DNA from: an uncultured Tepidisphaeraceae bacterium | GTDB taxonomy: Bacteria; Planctomycetota; Phycisphaerae; Tepidisphaerales; Tepidisphaeraceae | NCBI GenBank assembly: GCA_964433485.1 | Contig: CAYSSA010000002.1 | Span: 6,661 to 31,889, forward strand | Reading direction: 5' to 3' | DNA: 25,229 bases | Part shown: one piece after another, positions 7,353 to 15,674 of the stretch | How the letters are laid out: each line of letters starts with the position of its first letter | Numbering within the stretch: the first letter of the stretch is position 1 | The notes under the pieces: generated by a model | Told to the model about the DNA's origin: nothing | Seen by the model: only the letters and a program-made list of their open reading frames with translations | Databases searched by the model: none | Made by a program: the position numbers and the translations under genes

Positions 7353-9230
7353 TCACGCGGCTTCTTCTGCCGCTCCCGGTTCCTCGGCCGGTTCCCGCAA
7401 ATTTGCGGGGAGCCAGGCATTGAGCTTGTCGGCCAGGGCCTTGTCCTCCATGCGGCCCTCGGCGGCGTCAGCGAAGAGCTTGTCGAGCGACTCAACCAAC
7501 TCGCTCTTCTTCTTCCGCTCGGCGGCGGAGCGGTAGGCCGGGCCGCGAATCTCGCCGATCAGGTGGGCCAGTTGCACCTTCTGGAAGCCTTTGAGCCATG
7601 CCGCCTCTGGCCGCCAGCAGCGGCGGATATCCACGGCCAGTTCCTTGGCCAGCCGGGCAATCAGCGGCGTGACACGGGACGGGTGGGCGGTGAGCAACTC
7701 CACCGTCAGCAGGTCAATCAGGGCGTACAGTTTCTCCTCCGGCAGGGCCAGCAGACGCTCATACGCCTCATCATCCGACAGGGAATGATCGGCGGTGAAG
7801 GGGTCCAGTTCTGCTCGCCGCTGCCGCAACTCATCCAGAGCGGGTGAGTGCAAGCCCTCGGAATTGCCGGCGTGCAGGGTGGTGCCGTTGGCATCGCGGC
7901 GGATGGCCAAGGCCTCGGTCCGCACCTTGTCGTGAAGCACAAGGACCAGCAGCCGCTTGCGGACCAGCGTGTTGCCCATGGCTGCCTGACGCACGGCCAG
8001 GGCCTGATGGGCGAAGGTGGCTGCCGTCTGATTGTCGCTGAGATTGTCGGATGTCGGGGCCGGGGGAACGGGAGCCGGGCCGACGCCATCGCCGCTGTTG
8101 GCGGGCATGCCGGCCTGCGGTCGCTGCCGGGGGATGCGGTGTTCCCGCCGAATCCGACCATCCGGGTCGATGATCAGGAACACCGTGCCCACGGCCTTGG
8201 TTTCCTCGGCATAGCTGACCGGGGCATTGTCCGTCAGTTCCTTCTCACGGGCATCCAACTCTTCCAGTTTCTTCTCGATTCGCTCGCGAAGGGCCTCATC
8301 GTCCTCGCCCGCTTCCTCGAACATTCCCTCCAGCTTCTGCCGCCGCTGAGCGAGTTTGGTGAGCTTCTTGGTTACCTGCTCATCGTAAACCGGCTCCGGC
8401 TCGGCCATGCTCCACAGCCGGTCCTGAATGTCGGCCTGCGGGCCGATGACCACTTCCGACCAGCCTTCCTCGATCAGGCCCTCCCGCTCGCGGATCAGGG
8501 CATCGGCCTGGGCCTGCATGAAGGCGGACCGCTCCACCAGCACCCGCTGGCTGAACAGGTCACGGCTGACGGCAGGCTCCGTCAGGGTGTTTACGTCGAA
8601 CAAGGCATGGCTGGCGTCCATCCAGGCGTTGTTGACGATGTTGCGGACCTGCTCGGCGTGACGGGGCTTGCCGCCGGTTTCCCGCCAGATTTCTTCCTGC
8701 CGCTCATCTGGCACGGCCGCGAAGGCCTCGGCGGTGGCGGTGTCAATCTCCCCCTGGCGGTAGGCCACTTTCACGATGTCCGTGAGGGTGGCCAGCTTCA
8801 TCCGCTGGCGGACGTAGCGCTCGTTGACGCCGAACTCGGCGGCGATGGCGGCGACGCCCTTGGCATCCTCGCGGGCCAGCTTGGCGAAGGATTCGGCTTC
8901 GTCCAGGGGGTGCATGCCCTCGCGGGCGAAGTTCTCGGCCAGACTCATGGCGTCGGCCGTCAGGTCGTCCACGGCCCGGACCTCACAGGGAATTTTGGGG
9001 TTGCCATCCCCCCGGTGGATTTCCCGCAGGGCCACCAGCCGCCGATTCCCGGCGATGATGGAATAGGCCTTGTCGGCCGACTCCCCCACGGGCCGGACCA
9101 CCAGAGGTTCCAGCAGGCCATGGGCACGGATCGACGCCACCAGCCGGCGATGGGCCTCCCGCTCGGGCTTCACCCGGCGGGGGTTGCGGCGGCTGGCCAC
9201 CAACTGCGACAACGGAACGGAAACACGCAT
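7353..9230 (-). CDS. parB: Long ParB/RepB/Spo0J-family protein (625 aa, mobile-element type)
   Basis: Start reassigned to ATG 9230 (GAGGAGG 5 nt upstream). ParB N-terminal domain: PLSQLVASRRNPR...HGLLEPLVVRP...IIAGNRRL...SLAENFAREGMHPLDEA. HTH: IAAEFGVNERYVRQRMKL. Long C-terminal extension. Confidence 0.9.
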   Translation of the reverse strand: MRVSVPLSQLVASRRNPRRVKPEREAHRRLVASIRAHGLLEPLVVRPVGESADKAYSIIAGNRRLVALREIHRGDGNPKIPCEVRAVDDLTADAMSLAENFAREGMHPLDEAESFAKLAREDAKGVAAIAAEFGVNERYVRQRMKLATLTDIVKVAYRQGEIDTATAEAFAAVPDERQEEIWRETGGKPRHAEQVRNIVNNAWMDASHALFDVNTLTEPAVSRDLFSQRVLVERSAFMQAQADALIREREGLIEEGWSEVVIGPQADIQDRLWSMAEPEPVYDEQVTKKLTKLAQRRQKLEGMFEEAGEDDEALRERIEKKLEELDAREKELTDNAPVSYAEETKAVGTVFLIIDPDGRIRREHRIPRQRPQAGMPANSGDGVGPAPVPPAPTSDNLSDNQTAATFAHQALAVRQAAMGNTLVRKRLLVLVLHDKVRTEALAIRRDANGTTLHAGNSEGLHSPALDELRQRRAELDPFTADHSLSDDEAYERLLALPEEKLYALIDLLTVELLTAHPSRVTPLIARLAKELAVDIRRCWRPEAAWLKGFQKVQLAHLIGEIRGPAYRSAAERKKKSELVESLDKLFADAAEGRMEDKALADKLNAWLPANLREPAEEPGAAEEAA

Positions 9231-9237
9231 ACAGACC

Positions 9238-9533
9238 TCCTCGAAAAAGAGGATTTGTTGCGGCAACCGGCTCCGAGCCACACCGGCCCAGCGTTTTTTT
9301 CCCGGCCGCCGCTCTCGCAAGAGAGCTGGCGGCGGCCGGGAAAGAACCCCCGGCGGCACCCCGTGGAGGCGCCGGGAGCGAGCGGGGAGTGACGGGCTGA
9401 AGCGGAGCGCCGCCTGCGTAATCGCCGAAGGCCAGTCATCGGCGGCGCGCAGCGCTCGGCACGACAAGAGCGAGCGACCAAGCCGGAGCGGGGTGTCGCC
9501 GGGCGGCTCACACCGCGGCGAAGCCGCCGTGAG
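9238..9533. promoter_or_regulatory. Structured non-coding leader upstream of parB
   Basis: Main hairpin 9298-9343: 13 bp + 6 bp, 4-nt bulge, GCAA loop. Further stems: 9349-9355/9370-9376, 9423-9428/9439-9444, 9453-9457/9468-9472, and 9507-9533 with a GCGAAGC core. Stem 9238-9242/9249-9253 covers the SD. Confidence 0.5.
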
Positions 9534-9549
9534 GCTGGAAACTCGATGA

Positions 9550-11019
9550 TCAGATGTAATAGCGGAATTGTGGTAACGGTTCTCGATCCTGCCCCGTCGG
9601 CATTTCTCGCATGATGTCGCCGACCAATCGCGAGAAGCGTAGTGTAATAGGCATCAACCCGGCGAAGGATGCCGAGTTCCAGTTCATCTTGGTGAGCGTG
9701 AGAATCTCTTGAAGCAACGCCTCAATGGAGCTGTCGCCAAAATGGTCGGCGACTTGGAGCGGCGAGGGCACATGGCCGTGTGGGTAAGCCTTGAGCGCCG
9801 GGATGAACCCGGTTGTGTACAGATAGTGCGTGTCGCCAACCTGAAAACTCGTGCCCCGGAGCGGTGGATATTGCCCCGCGCGGAGCAGTCGGGCCTGGCT
9901 GGTTGGACTGACCGCAAGCAGGTCGAATTGCTGCACCTGTTTCAGGGCGGCCTCAAAGCCCTTCTTCTCATCCGGCCAGAAGCGAGAGGATTTGTGAATC
10001 ACAACGCGGGTGGGCTTCTGGCGCATCTCTGCTTCGTAACGGCGGAGCACCAGAGCAATCAGGTCGTTCGCCATTGACTCGCTCAAGTGGGGTGAGTTCC
10101 CGTGCTTGTCCTCGTCCCAGAGGAAATCCTGACCCCTGAGGACAATTCCGTCGCCGTGTTCGTCGAACGCCTGCGCAACGCTGCTGCGCATCTGCTGGGA
10201 CTTGGAGCCAAGGGAGCGAAAGAAGCTGATCCCGATGTAACATGTGCCGGGCCGCAACTGGCGAGGTGACCATGGAATACCGCCGCACTTGAAATACATC
10301 CCCGTAAAGAAGTTCCACGCGCACTTGGATCGGTGATCGACCTTCTTTGAGTCGGGGGCCGCCTCAGAAGTCCGCTGGAGAAGGATCTGCGTGGGCAGGC
10401 GGTACTTCATCGCCTCGGCCTTGAGTGCTCGGCGAAAATCACGATGCACCGACCCGAGAACGGGATCGGTGTAATCCACCGTCTTGCAATCCTCAAGAAG
10501 CGAATCAGGCAGGGCAAGAACGACGTATGTGGGCGGATTGTCTCGCTCCGACAGGAGGCGCAACTTTTGGGAAACCAGGTCCAGTGCTGCGGTGAAGCGA
10601 TCCCGAAGCAGCCTTGGCTGCTCTACCCCCGTCAAATCATGCGTGGTCAGGACTTCATTCAGGCTTGGGTCCACCATCAGATCAGAGAAAAATCCACGGT
10701 CGCTCTTGAAGCCCGGAAAGTCGGGATGATCGGAGTTGCCCTTGGCGCCTTCCGCACATGAGGTGATCCAGTTACGGGAAGACTCGATGCTCTCGCCTGT
10801 TCCGATGAAGCCCAAGCGAATGGTCAAGGGGTGGCGGGGAAGGTCGAGGGATCGCGGGCCGAAAATCGCGATTCCCGTTTGGGGGCTCACATGTTCACGC
10901 CCGCCGCAGAAACCCAAGGGAGGCTCAGATAGGTACTGGGCCTTCAGTACCGGCGCGGTGATGTCGATACGGCGGATCGGCTTTGAGGTGGCGTGATGCA
11001 AGTGTTTATGCTTCTTCAT
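9550..11019 (-). CDS. Short prokaryotic Argonaute (MID-PIWI only, 489 aa, catalytically inactive)
   Basis: Start at ATG 11019 (GAGGAGG RBS). LSEPPLGF...GIAIFGP N-terminus; MID motif FRRALKAEAM...PTQIL...YFKCGGIPW (R-K type); PIWI CYIGISFF, VVIHKSSRF, LTKMNWN, PITLRFS. GIS and HKSS replace the catalytic Asp positions. No N or PAZ domains. Confidence 0.95.
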   Translation of the reverse strand: MKKHKHLHHATSKPIRRIDITAPVLKAQYLSEPPLGFCGGREHVSPQTGIAIFGPRSLDLPRHPLTIRLGFIGTGESIESSRNWITSCAEGAKGNSDHPDFPGFKSDRGFFSDLMVDPSLNEVLTTHDLTGVEQPRLLRDRFTAALDLVSQKLRLLSERDNPPTYVVLALPDSLLEDCKTVDYTDPVLGSVHRDFRRALKAEAMKYRLPTQILLQRTSEAAPDSKKVDHRSKCAWNFFTGMYFKCGGIPWSPRQLRPGTCYIGISFFRSLGSKSQQMRSSVAQAFDEHGDGIVLRGQDFLWDEDKHGNSPHLSESMANDLIALVLRRYEAEMRQKPTRVVIHKSSRFWPDEKKGFEAALKQVQQFDLLAVSPTSQARLLRAGQYPPLRGTSFQVGDTHYLYTTGFIPALKAYPHGHVPSPLQVADHFGDSSIEALLQEILTLTKMNWNSASFAGLMPITLRFSRLVGDIMREMPTGQDREPLPQFRYYI

Positions 11020-12310
11020 CGTCGCCCTCCTCTTCCGGTTCCAGGTCGGTGAGGTCTCCAGCTTCCTCCTTGATGGCATCAAGTTCGGCCAGGGTGAACA
11101 GATCCTCCTCATAGGAGATGTGGGTGAACGACTTGGCATCGTTGGGAACTCCAGGCCAAGAAAGCGTAGTGTTGAGGAGTTCCGTACTGATGGTCAAGTG
11201 CTGACCGCCGCCATAATCGAAGACGATACGCGGCGTGCCGTTGGAGAGGAAATCCCGCCAAAAATTCACCTCCGTCAGCACGTTGGCGTTGTACATGTGC
11301 GACTTGCGGCTGGTTACGCGGCGACCTGTCCCCTTGGGCGTGATCGCCTTGAAGCCATCGAAGGTGAATCGACGTTCCGGACGAATGGAAAGACACCACT
11401 GCCCATCCGCCACGCGATGGAAAGCCAGCCCCACGGCCATGTGCTCCCAATATTTCTTTACTTCCCCCGTGTGTTTGAAGAACGGGTTCCACGCCACCTT
11501 TCGGGAGACCTGTTTGCCGGTCAAAGACGTGTAGACTACCGACAGATCCTGGCCGGGCTTCGCAGGTTCAAAATAGTACCGGCTGTGCTCCTTGTCGAGT
11601 TGGAGTCGCATGCGGCCCGTGAGCTTATTGAGGGAGCGGTTGAGCAACTGCACATACCACCGGGCGCGGTCGGGGTCATCCCACCACCGTACGGCGGGGA
11701 TTGGCCGGGCTTGGCTAAGGTTGGTTACGTCTCGGAAGGGGCTCTGGCTAGAGGTAAGGTTGTCGAATGTGTACAGCTCTCGGTCGCGGACAATGTAGGG
11801 GAGCATGACTTTGGGATTGTCCGGGGCGTGGAGTTTTGCACGAACGTCTGGCTCCTCCACGGTGCATGAGACAGCGAAGATGGTCATTGGGACATGTGTG
11901 ACCGGCAGCAACGTGCTGTGGACGGTATCTGTAACTTGGGCCTCGGGTTGGCTGGTGTGGAGAAACAATTGCCGGGGCGTCAACTGCTGTTGCACCCAGC
12001 GTTCGTGGTCCAGCTTCATCTGAACAAGCTTCTCAACCGTGTAGGTCTGAGGCTGTCGATCCACGATCTCGTGGTGAGCATGGCAGAGCAGGAGCAGGTT
12101 ATCGTAGCCATCCAACTCCCCGCCGGGTGGCTGCTGAGTGCTGCGTGGCCCTCCGGGGCTCTGTGCCACGATGTGCGCGATTTCCCCCAGCGTCACCGAT
12201 GGATCATTTTCGTTGGCGGAAACTACCAGTCCGCGGCGGCAATCCGGAAACGAACATGTGGCGCCAGATTTGCCCCACAGAATCTGTTTGATCCGGTCGG
12301 TGATTGCCAT
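11006..12310 (-). CDS. HNH endonuclease-APAZ fusion, partner of the short pAgo
   Basis: N-terminal HNH: LWGKSGATCSFPDC...GEIAHIV...GPR...DNLLLLCHAHHEIVD. The rest is APAZ-like (STLLPV, YVQLLNRSL, RYYF, LSIRPERRFTFDG, YNANVLTEVNFWRDFL) with an acidic tail. Overlaps the pAgo start by 14 nt. Confidence 0.88.
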   Translation of the reverse strand: MAITDRIKQILWGKSGATCSFPDCRRGLVVSANENDPSVTLGEIAHIVAQSPGGPRSTQQPPGGELDGYDNLLLLCHAHHEIVDRQPQTYTVEKLVQMKLDHERWVQQQLTPRQLFLHTSQPEAQVTDTVHSTLLPVTHVPMTIFAVSCTVEEPDVRAKLHAPDNPKVMLPYIVRDRELYTFDNLTSSQSPFRDVTNLSQARPIPAVRWWDDPDRARWYVQLLNRSLNKLTGRMRLQLDKEHSRYYFEPAKPGQDLSVVYTSLTGKQVSRKVAWNPFFKHTGEVKKYWEHMAVGLAFHRVADGQWCLSIRPERRFTFDGFKAITPKGTGRRVTSRKSHMYNANVLTEVNFWRDFLSNGTPRIVFDYGGGQHLTISTELLNTTLSWPGVPNDAKSFTHISYEEDLFTLAELDAIKEEAGDLTDLEPEEEGDDEEA

Positions 12311-12320
12311 CGTGCCTCCC

Positions 12321-15300
12321 TCAAGTCAGCTTGAAGTCTGCGTCCACGTCCTTCAGCAGAGCGTTGATGTCACTTACGACGGAGGCGGGCGGGGGTGTCT
12401 TTCCGTCGCCGACCTCCAGGCGGACATGGAACTTCATGGCGACCTTCGCCTTTGCCTTGACTTCCAATAGCGCCGGGATGAGGTCCCCCAAGTCTTGAAC
12501 CTGCGACGGCTCAAAATCCGCCGCGGCGCTCCTGACATTGGGCGGCGCAGAACCTCCACCAGGTCCGCCGCCCGCGCCGCCCCCAGTTCCGCCGCCGGCG
12601 CCTGCGGTGGCGAGCTTGATCTTCACCGTCTGGGCGGCGGGTAGGTCGGATGGCCAAGGGGCAGAGTCGTCAGTCAAGGCAATGAACCTCGCCTGTAATG
12701 ATCCGCCGATCACGTCGCGCACGGTCTTCCACGGCAGCGTGTTGCCTGCCTGCTGAGATAGCGCGGTGGCGATGGCCAGGGCGGTTGTATTGCCGTCCTT
12801 CCACGCGGCGGACAAGTTCTCCGGCAGGATTGCGGCGGCCGAAATCGGTGGCGGCGGCGTGCGCAGTTTGGCGCTGGGGGACAGTACCCCGGCGGGGATC
12901 GGTTCAGCCAAAAGGCTGGCAGGCCCGGACAACAGCCACACCTTGCCGGCGGCGACGGCTTCACCGATGGCGGCGTTGACTACGTCGGCGGACGCCTTGG
13001 GAATTGGCATTGGTTCCTGGAAGCCGCCCTTATCCACCTGTACGACGGTCTTGCCGCCGAAATAATCGAGCGCCGCCTGGGCGGTAAGCTCGTCGCCGGC
13101 CCACAGCGATGGCAGCGCTTTGGGCGCAAGTAATTCCGGAGAAATGTCGGCCAGTTCCGCCGCTTCGGGCAGAACTAGCTCCAGCGCCGGGTCGGCCAGC
13201 GCCGCATCGTCCGGCTGCGAACGCCACCAGGTCCGGAATGTACGGTCCGGTCGTTGGAGCTTGAGAACGAACGTCCCCTGAACGCAGCCACCGACGAGCG
13301 TTTCGACAATTGCCTGCGCCTTGAGCATCTTGGGAAGGTGCGGCAGTTGTGCGAAGGCACCCGCCAGATCCTTCACGCGGCGGCTGGTTTCGCCGCCTTT
13401 CCACAGGTTGTACGGGCCATCTGGCAATAGGGCTTCGGCGGTAATGGCTGTGTCCTGGACGCGGGAACGGCTGTCATTCTTGATGGTGTCAAAGTGCGCA
13501 TCTTCGCCGACGGTGATCTTGAATGCCTGGACCTCGTCCTTGTCCGAAACCGTCACGACGATGCAATAGGCTTGGCGAATGGCCTCCGGCACGCGAGCCT
13601 TGGCCTTGTCGATGTTGATCTTGAGGGTCTGCAAGCGAGCGACATCCACGGAGCCCTTCTGCTTCTTCTCCTCCTCGTTCTTCGGCGTCAGGTCGTTCAT
13701 GACCCGCTCCCACGCAAGGAAATCGCGCATGCGGGCTTCGGCTGCACTCAGGCCGTCCTTTGAGGCAGCCAGGAGCAGGACCGCGTTGCGGAAGACGCGC
13801 GGCTTTTCCGGGCCGGTCGTCTCATCCAGGAATCGCTTGGCTTCCGGGCTGGGTTTGCCGGAATCCGACGATGCGCTTGGTGACATGATGGCGTAGTGGA
13901 ACAGTCCATCGTCCTCAATGTCCCTCGCCTTGGTCGGAAGCGTGTGGACGCGGACACCGGCCGCCGAGGCGCCGCTGGTCAGCGTCTTGGCCTTGCCAAT
14001 CTCATCGACCAACCTCGCCCGGACCAACTCGTCGGTGATGTTCGCCGCGGCGGCGGACTGCATCTGAATCAGGTTCGGGCGATTGCCCAACCGCCATTCA
14101 GCGGGCAGTTGCCCTTCCTTCTCGGGCATATTGGTGTCGTCAAGCCAGTGGCTATTACGCGCCCACCGGGCCAGGCCCTTCTCAAGCTCGATTTTGTCCG
14201 GGCGGCACGGACCGATGAGCATCAAGAGGTCCCGGGTCTTGGCGCTGCGTCCGGTGGGCTGGGAATGCAGGAAGGTGGCCATGGCGGCCTGCTCAATCTC
14301 GCGCAGCTTCAGACCGACGGCTTCCGACTGTACGCGGCGAGCGCTTTCCAATTCGTTCTCCACAATGCCCGTCCAGCGCGTAGCCTGGCCGTCGCCAACG
14401 ATGGTGTCGGCAATCGAGACGAGCTCGCGGGCAGCCTCGGAAAGCCCAGCCTGTTTCGGCGAGCTGAGGAACACAGACGCGCCCACCAGAGGGCTATCGT
14501 CCCATTTCTCGGCCTCGCGTAGCGCCAACGCGAACGTGCGCAGCACGCCGCGGGTCTTCTGGAATCGCTCGATCCCTGCTGCCCACTTGGAGTAGAACAC
14601 GTCCGTCAATTCGGGGTGGAAGGGGTAGCTCTTGAGGTATCGCTCCTCCGCCGTTGCACCCTGCTTGGCCGTCTGGTCGTCCAGAGCGGCGATGCCCTTG
14701 AGGGCCGCGATGACGTGCTGCGGCCAGGTACCGCGCAACTCCACCGATTTGGGATCGAACAGCCGGCGGCGGAGCACCTCGGCCACGTCATCCTTCTCAA
14801 CAGGCTGCACGGCCTCCTCTCGCTGGCGCTGGAAGATATCGTACAGACCCGACACGATCTTCTTGCCCAGCGGATCGGCCTGGTCTTTTGGTTCGCTGGA
14901 CAGCAGCGACGCCACGATGCAGCACCGCTGAACCTTGGCCGCCGCCTGAGTCAGGTACTGGAAGAATCCAACGAGCACGTCCAGGAAGCCGGGCTCCAAG
15001 TGACATCGCACCTTGGCGTACAACAGCACCTCGTCGAGAAGAATCAGAATCCCCAGCCCGGATTTAAGGGGGAGCGACAACAACTCGGTTAGCGTGTTTT
15101 CGGCCGGGGGCGTGTTGCGTTCCTCGGCTTTCCCCTCAGCGTTCAACAGCTTGAGACCTTGATCGCCCGCGAGCTGGTAGGCCAGCAGGCTCCACGGCTG
15201 CTTGAGCCGGCGCACGGCGCCATCGGGGCCGCGCACGTCGCAACCCGTCTCAACGTCCAGTTTGTCAAAGCAGAGCGCGGCGACGCGAGCTTTCGGGGGC

Positions 15301-15674
15301 GCCTGGCCAATGGTCTCGGTGAACTCGCGTACAGCGGGCAGGTCCGGCAGGTTGTCCGGGTCATGCACCAGGTGACGCATCGTGATGAGCGTGTGCGTCT
15401 TGCCGCCGCCGTACGTCAATTCGAGCTGCCGGACGGCTTTGTCGTTCTTGCCGGCCAGACGCAGAACCACGTCACGCACCAAATTGCGCAGGTTGTGCGT
15501 GGGGAACGTCAGGGCGAAGAATTCCTCCGGCTTCTCATACAGCGGCCGCATGCCGTTCTGCATCATGACTTCGTACAGATCGGCCGCGAACATGTGCAGC
15601 GGCAGGTCGCCGCTGCGCAGGTCGCTGCGGAGTTGGACAACCTCGTGCCACGGTTTCCAGGATAACTTAGCCAT
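12321..15674 (-). CDS. DUF499-family AAA+ ATPase
   Basis: KPWHEVVQLRSDL...FAADL...PEEFFALTFPT N-terminus; Walker A LTYGGGKTHT; Walker B LILLDEV; SYPFHPEL; FQKTRGVLR; Gly-rich linker near the C-terminus. Confidence 0.92.
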   Translation of the reverse strand: MAKLSWKPWHEVVQLRSDLRSGDLPLHMFAADLYEVMMQNGMRPLYEKPEEFFALTFPTHNLRNLVRDVVLRLAGKNDKAVRQLELTYGGGKTHTLITMRHLVHDPDNLPDLPAVREFTETIGQAPPKARVAALCFDKLDVETGCDVRGPDGAVRRLKQPWSLLAYQLAGDQGLKLLNAEGKAEERNTPPAENTLTELLSLPLKSGLGILILLDEVLLYAKVRCHLEPGFLDVLVGFFQYLTQAAAKVQRCCIVASLLSSEPKDQADPLGKKIVSGLYDIFQRQREEAVQPVEKDDVAEVLRRRLFDPKSVELRGTWPQHVIAALKGIAALDDQTAKQGATAEERYLKSYPFHPELTDVFYSKWAAGIERFQKTRGVLRTFALALREAEKWDDSPLVGASVFLSSPKQAGLSEAARELVSIADTIVGDGQATRWTGIVENELESARRVQSEAVGLKLREIEQAAMATFLHSQPTGRSAKTRDLLMLIGPCRPDKIELEKGLARWARNSHWLDDTNMPEKEGQLPAEWRLGNRPNLIQMQSAAAANITDELVRARLVDEIGKAKTLTSGASAAGVRVHTLPTKARDIEDDGLFHYAIMSPSASSDSGKPSPEAKRFLDETTGPEKPRVFRNAVLLLAASKDGLSAAEARMRDFLAWERVMNDLTPKNEEEKKQKGSVDVARLQTLKINIDKAKARVPEAIRQAYCIVVTVSDKDEVQAFKITVGEDAHFDTIKNDSRSRVQDTAITAEALLPDGPYNLWKGGETSRRVKDLAGAFAQLPHLPKMLKAQAIVETLVGGCVQGTFVLKLQRPDRTFRTWWRSQPDDAALADPALELVLPEAAELADISPELLAPKALPSLWAGDELTAQAALDYFGGKTVVQVDKGGFQEPMPIPKASADVVNAAIGEAVAAGKVWLLSGPASLLAEPIPAGVLSPSAKLRTPPPPISAAAILPENLSAAWKDGNTTALAIATALSQQAGNTLPWKTVRDVIGGSLQARFIALTDDSAPWPSDLPAAQTVKIKLATAGAGGGTGGGAGGGPGGGSAPPNVRSAAADFEPSQVQDLGDLIPALLEVKAKAKVAMKFHVRLEVGDGKTPPPASVVSDINALLKDVDADFKLT

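Noticed and set aside
9298-9343. Hairpin as the intrinsic terminator of the defence operon
   Set aside because: On the minus strand it is followed by an A-run, not a U-run. Kept only as a structured leader element.
7848-9392. 514-aa plus-strand ORF
   Set aside because: Antisense shadow of high-GC parB; no motifs or RBS.
9231-9467. 79-aa N-terminal extension of ParB in the ORF track
   Set aside because: A strong SD at 9236-9242 and the ParB domain start support ATG 9230. The ORF-track extensions of pAgo (to 11139) and MBL-2 (to 21337) are rejected for the same reason.
12545-12605. GC-rich short repeats near the DUF499 C-terminus
   Set aside because: Explained by the Gly-rich linker codons (GAGGGTGGGAGGGPGGG).
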